A stretch of 64,000 bases of DNA from Candidatus Aenigmatarchaeota archaeon (GCA_016934325.1 JAFGSV010000033.1:1959-65958); one strand, 5' to 3'; positions 39,645-49,406 are shown, counted from the first letter of the stretch. Program-made: numbers and translations. The notes: generated by a model from the sequence alone, not told the origin.

Positions 39645-39761
39645 TTCGTACTATTTATATAAATTTCGTACTATTTTTACTAAATTTTACGATTGGTGAG
39701 TGATAAACGTACGAAAAACGATAACTTTATAAATATGTACACCAAATAATAATCGTACGAA
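39645..39761. repeat. Four TTCGTAC motifs (two direct, two inverted) and five GTAC cores upstream of the AbrB-wHTH-MTase operon
   Basis: TTCGTACTATTT at 39645-39656 and 39665-39676; GTACGAA at 39709-39715 and 39755-39761; extra GTAC at 39737-39740. Confidence 0.75.
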
Positions 39762-39780
39762 TATTATTCATAATATTTTC

Positions 39781-39815
39781 CAAAGGGGGAGAAAGTTAGA
39801 GCCTTTCCCCCTTTG
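39781..39815. other. Hairpin CAAAGGGGG...CCCCCTTTG immediately upstream of the transposase
   Basis: 9-bp perfect outer stem plus inner AAAG/CTTT pairing. Confidence 0.55.
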
Positions 39816-39829
39816 GGTGGAGTATCCGT

Positions 39830-41410
39830 ATGCAGGAAGACACCACAATTAAGGAATTGAAGGATGAGATTAATAAGCTTTTCAGTCAGATGGGAGAATA
39901 CCCACTCGACCTTGCGGTATTCCTTTCACGGTTGAGACTTGAGCCAATCCGTGGGCTAATCGATAATAGGTACAGTGTTAGTGAAAAGGATGGACGCATG
40001 AAGCATAATCCCATGTCCATAATAAAGGCACTTATGCTGAAGGATTTGCGTGGCATAAAGCATTATTCCCAGCTTCTGAATCGTCTGTCAAGGCATCCTG
40101 AAGAGGCGGAAATTCTGGGATTCAATACGAAGATGACTAGGCAGTCAATGAGCGTTTTCACCTTGGGAAAGCTCACTCAGGAAATCGAAGACCTCATCGT
40201 GGTTGCAGTGGATCATATAAGAGATAAGGCGAAAGAGACTGGAAAGCTTCTGGATGTCTATTTCTTGGATGAAAGCGGTACATACAAAGGAAAGTCTACT
40301 CGGACCATCGAAAGAAGGAAGAGCGAAAAGTCGGGCGAGGTTGTCAGAGTGCTGAAAAGAGAGATATTCCCGAATCTCGACTTTCCCCTCAAGTCGAAAG
40401 CCAAGTATGATAAAATGCACTTTCTTGATCTGCTGGCTTATGTCGCATACGAGAACGTGTGTGCAAATCAAGGCTCGAAGCTGATGAAGGAAGACGCCAA
40501 TTTCAACGGCAGAGTTCCCCATTCCAGGACGCTTATGGGCTACTTGAAACTTCTTGACAAGCGTGAGATAGAGCTAATGTTCATCAATTCTTTCGAAAAA
40601 GTGTTCAAGATAGCTAAGATGCAGGGATTCTTCAACAGGGAAGTCGACGTGGCGATAGACTTCACGGACTGGCTGTACTACGGCGACAAGAACGATCTCG
40701 GAGTCATGGAAGGTCAGACCAAGCAGGGAACGTCCCACAGGTTCAGGTTCGCCACCATCAAGATAGTCGAAAAAAACAACGATTTCGTCCTGATGGCATT
40801 ACCCGTGTTCAAGTTCAGCGATAGAAGGGAAGTAGCGAAAAGACTCATAAATTACGCCAATTCGAAGGTGAACGTGAGGTACTTCTACGTCGACAGGGAG
40901 TTCTTCTCCTCCACCTTCATAAGCCTCTTCGAAGAACTCGGAATAAAGTACATAATGCCAGCCATCAAGAACGAGAAGGTGGTGAAGCTTATCGAGAACC
41001 GCAAGTCGGATTTCATAGCCTACACGTTCACTGGAACGGCGAGGAAGTATGACGCCAAGATGACGCTCGTCGTGAGGAAGGATGAGGAGGGAAAGGACGT
41101 CTGTTTCGCTACGAACGTCCCCATCCTGAGATTAGTATGGTCGAACCTTTTCGAGCTTTACGGAAAGAGATGGGGCATAGAGACCGCATACAGGGTCGCA
41201 AAGCACGAGTTCCGACCCAACACTACGTCCAAGAACCACAAGATAAGGCTCTATTATTTCCTGTTCTCATCGCTGCTTTACAACATCTGGGTAATCGTGA
41301 ACTCCATAGTCAGCGTCTACCTGTTCAGGGAAGTCGTGGATTACAGGGTCATAACGGCGAAGCTGTTCATGAAGAAGTTCTACCAAGCTTATACGGAAAC
41401 CATCACTTAG
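39830..41410 (+). mobile_element. DDE transposase, IS4 superfamily / ISH3-like, with N-terminal extension
   Basis: VDVAIDFTD (D1), FYVDREFFS (D2), YGKRWGIETAYR (YREK/E) intact; 526 aa. No terminal inverted repeats identified. Confidence 0.85.
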
Positions 41411-41591
41411 CCTCTTCCAGAAGCTTTCTGAAAAACTTCTCTATCGAAGAGCCCCCCGGGCAGAATGTGTGACCTTTGCTACTTGTTACGTGGATTGTCC
41501 CGTCCTTGTGCTCGAAAACCCTGATGCCCTTGACGTAAATCGCCTTCCCTTTGCTCTCCACTACCTCCGTGTAGAACGGCTTGTCGACCAT
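41403..41591 (-). CDS. Small hypothetical protein (62 aa)
   Basis: Plausible codon usage; 3' end overlaps transposase stop by 8 nt. Confidence 0.4.
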   Translation of the reverse strand: MVDKPFYTEVVESKGKAIYVKGIRVFEHKDGTIHVTSSKGHTFCPGGSSIEKFFRKLLEEAK

Positions 41592-41754
41592 AATCAGGCT
41601 TGGTTTCCGGCTTTAATAATCAAATCGTTGGACAATTCCAACTACTGTGTCAATGGGCACGGGCGATCAGGGAGAAGGCTGGATTACAAGGGTAGGTATT
41701 TGGATATTCCCGGGCGTTCGAGAATAAAAAATTTACTTCCCTAGTATCAATACC

Positions 41755-42423
41755 ATGATTGATTACTGGATCCGGGAAGGGGATGAGAAATTGCTGGGGT
41801 ACGCCTTAAATGCCGATGCTCGCCCCTGCCACCCGGGGTACCTTACCGGGGACATCCAGAACGATTGCACCGGCTGGCTATCGAATGTGAATGACTATTT
41901 CATTCTCGCCCGGTGGAAGCTTTGGAAGCCTGGTAGGGACTCGGAGCAGGAATACGATTTCGCCCATGTCAAGAAGGCGGCCCTCTACCCCCAGGGCGTC
42001 GTCTTCACGCCGTTCACGGCCAACGAGATCCAACTTGACTATAAGAGCAGGTTGGTGCACAGGAAGGAGCGGATCGAGCTTGTCGGAAGCGACAGCGATG
42101 GCTTCGTACAGAGATTCTTCCCGACGCAAGAGCAGTTGTTCAGCAAGCAGGAAACCAGGGACCATCACCCCTTTCTGTACCGAAGCGCCGATGAATTCAT
42201 AGTGGAGGTTCCCGGATCATTCCCGATCTCGGCGCTCGACAGCTTGCTGAGGGCTGAGGGCGTGCTGATGGACGAGTGCGTCAGGGGATCGAAGTACAAG
42301 GGGATAATCAGCATGTGCAGCAGAACCGTGGTCTTCACCGGCTGGCCCCATCATACGGAAGAGTCCATGAAGAACATGCCGGAATTCATCGCAGCTTTCG
42401 CCGATAAAAACAGCATCTTCTGA
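41755..42423 (+). CDS. Hypothetical protein (222 aa)
   Basis: Long ORF with host-like codon bias; no motif recognised. Confidence 0.55.
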   Translation: MIDYWIREGDEKLLGYALNADARPCHPGYLTGDIQNDCTGWLSNVNDYFILARWKLWKPGRDSEQEYDFAHVKKAALYPQGVVFTPFTANEIQLDYKSRLVHRKERIELVGSDSDGFVQRFFPTQEQLFSKQETRDHHPFLYRSADEFIVEVPGSFPISALDSLLRAEGVLMDECVRGSKYKGIISMCSRTVVFTGWPHHTEESMKNMPEFIAAFADKNSIF

Positions 42424-42444
42424 AGCCGCGGCTGGGCCAAATGG

Positions 42445-42493
42445 TTAAACAAGAGAAAAAGACAAAAAATAAAGGAATGGGGGTTTTGTCCCC
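42445..42493 (-). terminator. Probable terminator of tuf
   Basis: On the minus strand GGGG-ACAAAA-CCCC followed by a long T-rich run, directly after the tuf stop. Confidence 0.55.
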
Positions 42494-42496
42494 TTA

Positions 42497-43768
42497 TTAC
42501 TTCGCCTTGACAAGGTCCGTGCAGATACCTGCTGCCACCGTCTTGCCCATGTCCCTGATAGCGAACTTCGCTAGCTCGGGGAAGTCTGACTGCTTCTCGA
42601 TAGCCACGGGCTGAAGAGGCTGCACCCTGATGACGGCTGCGTCACCGGTCTTTAGCGTGTCCGGGTGCTCGGCGACCACAGCTCCGGTCTTCGGGTCAAG
42701 CTTCTTCAGGATCTCCACGACCTTCCCAGCTATGTGCGCTGTGTGTATGTGGAAGACCGGGGTGTATCCCTTGGTGATCACTGTAGGGTGCTGCAGCACG
42801 ATTATCTGTGCCGTGAACTCCTTCGCCACCGTGGGCGGGTTGCTCGGCGAACCGATGACGTCGCCCTTCTTGATGTCCTTCTTGCTTATTCCCTTGACGT
42901 TGAAGCCTATGTTGTCGCCAGGCTCTGCCTTGTCGAGCTGCTTGTGGTGCATCTCGATGGACTTGATCTCGGCTGTGGTCCCTGATGGCTCGATGACAAT
43001 CTTGTCGTTCGGCCTGAGCACACCGGTCTCCACCCTTCCGACAGGGACGGTCCCGACACCAGTTATGGTGTAGACGTCCTGCACAGGAAGCCTGAGAGGC
43101 TTGTTGACAGGCTTCTCAGGAACTGTTATGGTGGAGTCCATGGTCTGCAGCAGGGTCGCCCCCTTGTACCAGGGCATGTTGGTGGACTTCTTGACGACGT
43201 TGTCTCCGATGTAAGCTGACAACGGGATGAAAGGTATCTTATCCGTCTTGTATCCTATCGACTGCAGAAGCTTGGCTATGGAATCCTTGACCTCGTTGTA
43301 CTTCTTCTCTTCGTAGTTGACCTCGTCCATCTTGTTGACGGCGACGATCACCTGGTTTATGCCCAGGACCTTGGACAGGTACAGGTGCTCCTTGGTCTGC
43401 TCCTGGATGCCGTCCTTGGCCGAAACCACCAGTATCGCTGCGTCTGCCTGGCTGGCACCCGTGATCATGTTCTTCACGAAGTCCCTGTGGCCCGGGCAGT
43501 CTATCGCTGTGAAGTAGAACTTGTCGGTGATTATAGGCTTGTACATCAGGTCGATAGTGACGCCTCTCTCCCTCTCCTCCTTCAGCTTATCCATCACGAA
43601 GGCGAACTCGAACGTCTCCTTCTTCACTTCCTTGGCGATTTCCTTAAGCTTTCGCATCTCCTGCTCTGAAAGTGAACCCGAATCGTATAAGAGTCGGCCT
43701 AGCAATGTTGATTTCCCGTGGTCTACATGACCGGCAGTTATTATATTCACATGCGGCTTTTCTGCCAT
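42497..43768 (-). CDS. tuf: Translation elongation factor aEF-1alpha
   Basis: [64 protein letters not shown]. Confidence 0.98.
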   Translation of the reverse strand: MAEKPHVNIITAGHVDHGKSTLLGRLLYDSGSLSEQEMRKLKEIAKEVKKETFEFAFVMDKLKEERERGVTIDLMYKPIITDKFYFTAIDCPGHRDFVKNMITGASQADAAILVVSAKDGIQEQTKEHLYLSKVLGINQVIVAVNKMDEVNYEEKKYNEVKDSIAKLLQSIGYKTDKIPFIPLSAYIGDNVVKKSTNMPWYKGATLLQTMDSTITVPEKPVNKPLRLPVQDVYTITGVGTVPVGRVETGVLRPNDKIVIEPSGTTAEIKSIEMHHKQLDKAEPGDNIGFNVKGISKKDIKKGDVIGSPSNPPTVAKEFTAQIIVLQHPTVITKGYTPVFHIHTAHIAGKVVEILKKLDPKTGAVVAEHPDTLKTGDAAVIRVQPLQPVAIEKQSDFPELAKFAIRDMGKTVAAGICTDLVKAK

Positions 43769-44057
43769 ACTGTATCCCTCCTATATTATCGTCCGGCGGG
43801 CGGCGCATATCGTATATGCGGCCCTTGTGGACTGTATAATATAAAAGGTTTATATATTTATATGTATTGGTCGCGCCTTCTGAGGCGAATCCCGGCCATT
43901 GGTACCGTTTTTCCACTCCATGAACGCGCGCCACCGGCATGCGCCCTGCAGTGACTGGCGCAAAACAATAAAAGAAAGGCTTAATTATTAAAACCCATAA
44001 CTTCATTAATCTATAATCCATAACCTCAGTTGGGGTTTTGCGGAACCAAGGGATAAT

Positions 44058-44396
44058 ATGATGAAAAAGGACATAGGGCTCGGGCTGCAACCGCCGGAGC
44101 ATGAGTGCTCAGACAGGAACTGCCCGTGGCACGGGGAACTGCCGGTGAGGGGAAGGGTCCTCGAATGCGTCGTCGTCTCATCGCACGCCCACTCGACGGC
44201 CATCGTGGAGAGGAGATACAACCTCTTCATCCCGAAGTACCAGCGGTACGAGAGGAGGAAGTCGAGGATAACGGCCCACAACCCGGCGTGCATGCAGGCC
44301 AAGAAGGGCGACAGCGTGGTGATAGCCGAATGCAGGCCCCTCGCTAAGACCAAGCATTTCGTCATCGTTGCAAGGCAAGGCTGTGAGCAGGCATGA
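44058..44396 (+). CDS. rps17: 30S ribosomal protein S17 (uS17)
   Basis: CSDRNCPWHG.LPVRG, PKYQRYERR, IAECRPLAKTKHFV. Confidence 0.96.
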   Translation: MMKKDIGLGLQPPEHECSDRNCPWHGELPVRGRVLECVVVSSHAHSTAIVERRYNLFIPKYQRYERRKSRITAHNPACMQAKKGDSVVIAECRPLAKTKHFVIVARQGCEQA

Positions 44397-44791
44397 AGGC
44401 CATATCCTCGAGGACAGGCGAGGCTTTGCAGGTCGGGTCGCTGCTCAGGTGCGCCGACAACAGCGGAGCCAAGGTGCTGAGGATCATATCCGTCAGGGGC
44501 TACAAGGGCATCAGAAGGACGAGGCCCTCTGCGGGGGTCGCGGACCTCGTGATGTGCAAGGTCATTACCGGCACCGAGAAGGTCAGGCACCAGGTGTTCA
44601 AGGCCGTCATCGTGAGGCAGAAGAAGGAGTTCCGCAGGCCCGACGGCATGCGGATTGAGTTCGAGGAGAACGCAGCCGTAATAGTCAATGACAAGTTCGA
44701 CCCGACTGGATCCATGATAAAGGGTCCCATAGCGAAAGAGGTCGTTCAGAGGTTCAAGACCATAGGGAAGGTCGCAAGCATCATAGTATAG
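44393..44791 (+). CDS. rpl14: 50S ribosomal protein L14 (uL14)
   Basis: CADNSGAK, AVIVRQKKEFRRPDG, FEENAAV, IKGPIAKE. Confidence 0.97.
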   Translation: MKAISSRTGEALQVGSLLRCADNSGAKVLRIISVRGYKGIRRTRPSAGVADLVMCKVITGTEKVRHQVFKAVIVRQKKEFRRPDGMRIEFEENAAVIVNDKFDPTGSMIKGPIAKEVVQRFKTIGKVASIIV

Positions 44792-44870
44792 GTGTTGGTA
44801 TGCTCTTTTCATATCCTTTGGGATCGCACGCTCTCCGGAGTGAGAGGCGTCGGGAGCGAGGGTGGTCTGA

Positions 44871-45317
44871 ATGAAGAACGAGTGGTCCAGCAAATGGAAG
44901 GCGAGCTCCCAGCCCAGGAAGCAGAGGAAGTACAGGCTGAACGCGCCGCTGCACATAAGGAGGCGCTTCATGGCGGCCAACGTTGACCCCTCCCTGAGGC
45001 AGAGGTTCGGCAAGAGGTCCATGGTCGTCAGGAAGGGCGACGAGGTCATGGTGACGCGCGGCAAGCTCAGGGGCACCAAGGGAGTCGTCGAGCGCGTCGA
45101 CCTCAAGGGGGAGCGCGTCTTCATAGAGGGGGTCAAGATGAAGAAGGTCGACGGCTCCGACGTGTCCAGGCCGCTCGCGCCTTCGAACCTGGTAATATTG
45201 AAGCTGAACGTGGATGACAAGAGGAGGCAGGCCGTGCTGGAGAGGTCCGGCAGGCAGGCCGGGTCCAAGTCAGGGAAGAAGGAAGTGAAGGAAGAGGGCA
45301 AGAAGGAAGGTGGATGA
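44871..45317 (+). CDS. rpl24: 50S ribosomal protein L24 (uL24)
   Basis: SSQPRKQRK...APLH.RR, RKGDEVMVTRG, PSNLVILKL. Confidence 0.96.
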   Translation: MKNEWSSKWKASSQPRKQRKYRLNAPLHIRRRFMAANVDPSLRQRFGKRSMVVRKGDEVMVTRGKLRGTKGVVERVDLKGERVFIEGVKMKKVDGSDVSRPLAPSNLVILKLNVDDKRRQAVLERSGRQAGSKSGKKEVKEEGKKEGG

Positions 45318-46000
45318 GCATGCACATGAAGAGATACTCCATGCCGGGATTCTGGCCGATGGGGAAGAAGGTGGAGAAGTTCGTGGTGACTCCCATGCCG
45401 GGACCCCACGCCAAGCGCTCCAGCATCCCGCTGCTGATCATCCTCAGGGACGTTCTCAGGTTCGCCAGGAACGCGAAGGAGGCCAGCCTCATTCTCAACA
45501 AGGGCGAGGTCCTTATCGACAAGAGGCCCGTGAAGGACGGGAAGCACCCCGCCGGTCTCATGGACATAGTAGAGTTCCCGACGATCAAGAGGCAGTTCAG
45601 GGTCGTGGCGGGGACGAAGGGCATGGCCCTGCTTGAGATACCGGCGAAGGAGTCATCGAGCAAGCTGTGCAGCATCAAGGGCAAGAACGCGATCAAGGGC
45701 GGCAAGTTCCAGATAACGCTGCATGACGGCAGGTGCATCCTGGTCGGGAAGGAGAACAAGTACAAGCCCGGGGACTCATTGCTCATCGAGGTGCCGGGCC
45801 AGAAGATATTGAGCCACTGGCAGATGAAGGCCGGCGTGCCGGCAATGATCGTCTCAGGCAAGAACATGGGCGTCAGCGGCAAGATCAAGGACGTGCATGC
45901 CAGGCGGAAGATGCAGGAGAAGAGCAGGGTTGTGCTGCTCACCAAGAGCGGGGAGATAGAGACCCTGAAGGATTACGTGCTGGTCGGTGAGGTGAAATGA
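45314..46000 (+). CDS. rps4e: 30S ribosomal protein S4e (eS4)
   Basis: HMKR..MP.FW, PGPH, PLLIILRD, PAGLMDIV. Confidence 0.95.
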   Translation: MSMHMKRYSMPGFWPMGKKVEKFVVTPMPGPHAKRSSIPLLIILRDVLRFARNAKEASLILNKGEVLIDKRPVKDGKHPAGLMDIVEFPTIKRQFRVVAGTKGMALLEIPAKESSSKLCSIKGKNAIKGGKFQITLHDGRCILVGKENKYKPGDSLLIEVPGQKILSHWQMKAGVPAMIVSGKNMGVSGKIKDVHARRKMQEKSRVVLLTKSGEIETLKDYVLVGEVK

Positions 46001-46500
46001 ACCAGATGAAGCGGATTCGCCTGGAGAAGTTGACACTGAACATGTGCACGGGGGAGCCGGGCCCCGAGCTCGAGAAGGCGAAGAGCCTCCTTCAGCTTGT
46101 AAGCGGCAAGAAGGTCGTCATAACGCAGAGCCGGAAGAGGAGCACGTTCGGAGTCGCCAAGGGCAGGCAGATCGGCGTGATGACCACCCTGAGGGGCGCC
46201 GAGGCGCACGGGCTGCTCGCCAGGCTGCTCCAGGCGAAAGAGAACAAGCTCAGTTCCTCCGTCTTCGATTCCAGCGGCAACTTCTCATTCGGGATCGCCG
46301 AGTACATAGACGTCCCCGGCGTGACCTACGATCCCGACATAGGCATAATGGGCTTCGATGTTGCGGTCACCCTCGAGAGGCCGGGCTACCGGGTCAAGAG
46401 AAGGAAGTACAAGCGCCAGAGTGTCGGGAAATCCCATCGGATAACGGCTGAAGAGTCCATCGAGTGGGTGAAGCGGGAATTCGGTATCGAAGTGGCTTGA
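45997..46500 (+). CDS. rpl5: 50S ribosomal protein L5 (uL5)
   Basis: EKLTLN, FDSSGNFSFGIAEY.DVPG..YDP.IGIMG.DV...RPGYRV.RR. Confidence 0.96.
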   Translation: MNQMKRIRLEKLTLNMCTGEPGPELEKAKSLLQLVSGKKVVITQSRKRSTFGVAKGRQIGVMTTLRGAEAHGLLARLLQAKENKLSSSVFDSSGNFSFGIAEYIDVPGVTYDPDIGIMGFDVAVTLERPGYRVKRRKYKRQSVGKSHRITAEESIEWVKREFGIEVA

Positions 46501-46504
46501 TTCT

Positions 46505-47050
46505 ATGAGCGCGCCTGACATTGGGAGCATCGTCGGTCTGTTCCGCCATGTCCACAGGCTCAAGACGACCCCGAGGACCGGCTGGCTCAGGCATGGCATC
46601 GAAAAGCCCGAATCGATCGCGGCGCACGCTTACGGCGTGGCATTGCTCGCCTGGGTATTGGCCGGGCGCGATGTCGATGTCGGCAAGGCCCTGAAGATGG
46701 CGCTGGTGCACGACCTGGGCGAAGCCCTCGCTGGCGACCTTACCCCGCAGGACAAGGGATATGAGCGGGAAAGCATTATAGTCGCTGAGAAGCTCAGGGA
46801 AATCGTTTCTCCGCTGCCCGAAGGCCTCAGGAATGAGTTCGTCTCCCTGTACGGGGAGCTGGTGTCAATGAAGACCGAAGAGGCCAGGCTGGTGAACATG
46901 GCGGACGACCTGGACCTCGCGCTGACGGCAACGGAGTACCAGAGGTCGGGGCCCGACCTGCGGGAGTTCCTCGACGTGGATGAGCGGGATTTCACAGAAA
47001 GGGGCAGGGAGCTGATAAAATATTTAAAAAGATTGGGCGACAGTGAATAG
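46505..47050 (+). CDS. HD-domain phosphohydrolase (YfbR/HDDC2 5'-deoxynucleotidase-like)
   Basis: [31 protein letters not shown] motifs. Confidence 0.85.
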   Translation: MSAPDIGSIVGLFRHVHRLKTTPRTGWLRHGIEKPESIAAHAYGVALLAWVLAGRDVDVGKALKMALVHDLGEALAGDLTPQDKGYERESIIVAEKLREIVSPLPEGLRNEFVSLYGELVSMKTEEARLVNMADDLDLALTATEYQRSGPDLREFLDVDERDFTERGRELIKYLKRLGDSE

Positions 47051-47051
47051 T

Positions 47052-47273
47052 ATGAGTTTCCAGAACGCCAAGAAGCAGATACTGCACAAGCCGGCAAAGC
47101 TGGCCAGGTTCCTGAAGTTCTCCGCGCCTAAGGAGAGGAAGTTCGGCCGGAACGCCCAGCAGTGCAGAAGGTGCGGCAAGACCGAGGGGCTGATCAGCAA
47201 GTACGGGCTGCTGTACTGCAGGCAATGCTTCAGGGAAGAGGCGAAGAAGCTCGGTTTCAAGAAGTATGATTGA
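47052..47273 (+). CDS. rps14: 30S ribosomal protein S14 type Z (uS14) with N-terminal extension
   Basis: CRRCG...[20 protein letters not shown]. Confidence 0.95.
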   Translation: MSFQNAKKQILHKPAKLARFLKFSAPKERKFGRNAQQCRRCGKTEGLISKYGLLYCRQCFREEAKKLGFKKYD

Positions 47274-47278
47274 TCGCT

Positions 47279-47665
47279 ATGAGGCACGATTTGCTGGCTG
47301 ACATGTTCTCCACAATAAAGAACGCAGAGGGTATAGGCAAGCACGGCTGCGTCACCCCGGCGTCGAACCTGATAAAGCACATACTGCTCATCATGCAGAA
47401 GGGCGGGTACATAGGCGAGTTCGAGTTCGTGGACAACGGCAGGGGAGGGGAGTTCAAGGTCCAGCTGCTGGGCAAGGTCAACGACTGCGGCGTGATAAAG
47501 CCCCGCTTCTCCGTGAGCAGCAATGACTTCATAGGCTGGGAGAAGAGGTACCTGCCAGCCAGCGAAATGGGAATCCTGATCGTTAGCACCTCCCAGGGCG
47601 TGCTGTCGCACGGCGACGCCAAGAAGAAGAGCATCGGAGGGAAGCTGCTCGGCTTCGTGTACTAG
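47279..47665 (+). CDS. rps8: 30S ribosomal protein S8 (uS8)
   Basis: DLLAD...IKNAE, GYIGEFE, IKPRF, YLP...GILIVSTSQG...IGGKLL.FVY. Confidence 0.96.
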   Translation: MRHDLLADMFSTIKNAEGIGKHGCVTPASNLIKHILLIMQKGGYIGEFEFVDNGRGGEFKVQLLGKVNDCGVIKPRFSVSSNDFIGWEKRYLPASEMGILIVSTSQGVLSHGDAKKKSIGGKLLGFVY

Positions 47666-47675
47666 GTGGTTCGCC

Positions 47676-47939
47676 ATGTCTTCTGACAAGGTAATCAAGG
47701 AAGCATTGAAGGAAGGGAAGGTCAGCATCGGCAGGAGCGCCGTCCTGCGCATGCTGAAGCGGGGCTCGCTGCAATCCGTGATACACGCGAGCAACTGCCC
47801 CGACGGGACCATGAGGGACCTGCGATTCTACGCTGGGATGAGCAAGGTGGAGATCGAAAGGTTCAAGGGCGACTCGGCCAGCCTCGGCCAGCTCTGCGGA
47901 AAGCCTTTCAGCATAACGGTGCTTGGAATAGGGAAGTAG
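47676..47939 (+). CDS. rpl30e: 50S ribosomal protein L30e (eL30)
   Basis: GKV.IG...VIHASNCP...LGQLCGKPF.I.VLGI. Confidence 0.9.
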   Translation: MSSDKVIKEALKEGKVSIGRSAVLRMLKRGSLQSVIHASNCPDGTMRDLRFYAGMSKVEIERFKGDSASLGQLCGKPFSITVLGIGK

Positions 47940-47947
47940 TTGTTGTC

Positions 47948-48352
47948 ATGAGCGTAAAGCTAGCCACCCAGAACATAAGGGACATCGCCGTGTTCGAGAG
48001 GATAACGAAGGTCCACGCGAAGGACTGCATCAGGGCGGACAGCTGCGTTTACTTCATGATCGAGCCGGGAAAATCGGGCCTCGCGATCGGGAAGAACGGG
48101 AACGTCGCCAAGAGCGTCGGCAGGGTGATAGGGAAGCCCGTCAAGGTCTTCGAGTTCGCCGGCGACGTGGAGATGATGGTCAAGAACATGGTTCCCACGG
48201 CGAAGAGCGTGGAGGTCAGCGGAGATTCCGTGACGGTCTCGATCCCCGAGACCGACAGGTCGGTCGTGATAGGAAGGAACGGCCAGAACATAAAGGCCGT
48301 GAAGGAGTTTTTAAAAAGACACTTCGAGATAAATTACCTGAGGCTGAGATGA
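47948..48352 (+). CDS. nusA: Archaeal NusA (KH-domain) transcription factor
   Basis: FERIT...[21 protein letters not shown]; conserved position between eL30 and uS12. Confidence 0.9.
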   Translation: MSVKLATQNIRDIAVFERITKVHAKDCIRADSCVYFMIEPGKSGLAIGKNGNVAKSVGRVIGKPVKVFEFAGDVEMMVKNMVPTAKSVEVSGDSVTVSIPETDRSVVIGRNGQNIKAVKEFLKRHFEINYLRLR

Positions 48353-48353
48353 G

Positions 48354-48779
48354 ATGACCGGGGAGTTCGCTTCGAGGAACGTGAAGAGGAAGAGGAAGAG
48401 GTTCAGGTGGAGCAGCAAGCACGGCAAGAAGCAGCTGCTCAAGCTGTGGCAGAAAGACCCGCTCGAGGGCGCCCCGCTGGGCAGGGGCATCGTCCTGAAG
48501 AAGAAGGGCGTCGAGCAGAAGCAGCCCCACAGCGGCATAATCAAGTGCGTCAGGGTGCAGCTGATCAAGAACGGCATACAGGTCACCGCCTTCGTCCCCG
48601 GCACCAACGCCATCAAGTTCATAGACGAGCACGACGAGGTGACGATAGTCGGCGTCGGGGGATCCCAGAAGTCGGCCGTCGGCTCCATGCACGGGATCAA
48701 GTACAAGGTGGTGGCCGTCAACGGCGCCTCGCTGAACGAGATGCTCAAGGGGAAGAAGGAGAAGCCGAAGACCGCGTGA
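48354..48779 (+). CDS. rps12: 30S ribosomal protein S12 (uS12/S23 type)
   Basis: DPLEGAP..RGIVL.K...[32 protein letters not shown]. Confidence 0.96.
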   Translation: MTGEFASRNVKRKRKRFRWSSKHGKKQLLKLWQKDPLEGAPLGRGIVLKKKGVEQKQPHSGIIKCVRVQLIKNGIQVTAFVPGTNAIKFIDEHDEVTIVGVGGSQKSAVGSMHGIKYKVVAVNGASLNEMLKGKKEKPKTA

Positions 48780-48791
48780 TGAAGGGGTGAG

Positions 48792-49382
48792 ATGATGAGG
48801 ATGTTCGACAGATGGGATGTGAAGGGCGTAAAGGTGGAGGACCCCGGCCTGGTCAAGTACGTCAACCTTAGGCCGGTCGTGATGCCAAGGACCTTCGGCC
48901 GCAACAGGGGTGACTTCAGGAAGAACGACATGAACATAGTCGAGAGGTTCATGAACAAGCTCATGATCACGGGGCACCAGGGCAAGAGGCACAAGACGAC
49001 GAGCGGCAGGTTCTGCGGAGGCTACCAGACCGTCATGATGCACACCATGAGGGCCTTCGAGATTATCGAGGAGAGGACCAAGAAGAACCCGGTTCAGGTT
49101 CTGCTCACGGCCCTGGAGAACGCCGCGCTCTACGAGGAGATCGCGGCCTACCAGCTCGGGGGCATGATAGCCAGGAAGGCCGTCATAACCAGCCCCCAGA
49201 GGAGGGTGGACGTCGCACTTCGGCACATGACACAGGGGATCTACAAGTCGAGCTTCAAGAAGAACAGGACCCTGGCGGAGGTCATCGCAGACGAGCTCAT
49301 AGCGATCTCCAGGAACGACCCGAAGGCCATGGCCGTCAGGGAGAGGAACAGGATAGAGAAAGAGGCGGAAGGGGCCAGGTAA
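48792..49382 (+). CDS. rps7: 30S ribosomal protein S7 (uS7)
   Basis: V.DPGL..YV, IVERFMNK, NPVQVL..A.EN, SPQRRVD.ALR, LADEL, EAEGAR. Confidence 0.96.
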   Translation: MMRMFDRWDVKGVKVEDPGLVKYVNLRPVVMPRTFGRNRGDFRKNDMNIVERFMNKLMITGHQGKRHKTTSGRFCGGYQTVMMHTMRAFEIIEERTKKNPVQVLLTALENAALYEEIAAYQLGGMIARKAVITSPQRRVDVALRHMTQGIYKSSFKKNRTLAEVIADELIAISRNDPKAMAVRERNRIEKEAEGAR

Positions 49383-49406
49383 GGCGCTTCTTCGGATATC
49401 TCCGTA

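Larger units (their letters stand above)
30443..42423. mobile_element. tRNA-adjacent genomic island (AT-rich core ~30.9-39.8 kb plus transposase and hypothetical genes)
   Basis: Abrupt drop in GC and loss of host codon bias just after tRNA-Ser; MTase, GHKL ATPase, membrane ORFs and a DDE transposase; core genes resume at tuf. No integrase or att duplication seen. Confidence 0.7.

Noticed and set aside
39645-39761. CRISPR array or replication iterons
   Set aside because: Only 7-12-bp units in mixed orientation with no 30-40-nt spacers, no cas genes and no adjacent Rep/Orc1 gene.
30343-42500. Classical attL/attR duplication of the tRNA 3' end and an integrase
   Set aside because: No second copy of GGTTCAAATCCTGCCCCCGGCG and no tyrosine/serine recombinase motif seen by eye; GCCCCCCGGG near 41451 is too short and divergent.
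43770-44057. Possible ncRNA or autoregulatory leader between tuf and rps17
   Set aside because: Only short hairpins (e.g. CGCCT-TCTG-AGGCG, GGTT-TTGCGG-AACC) amid two divergent promoters; no recognisable RNA family.
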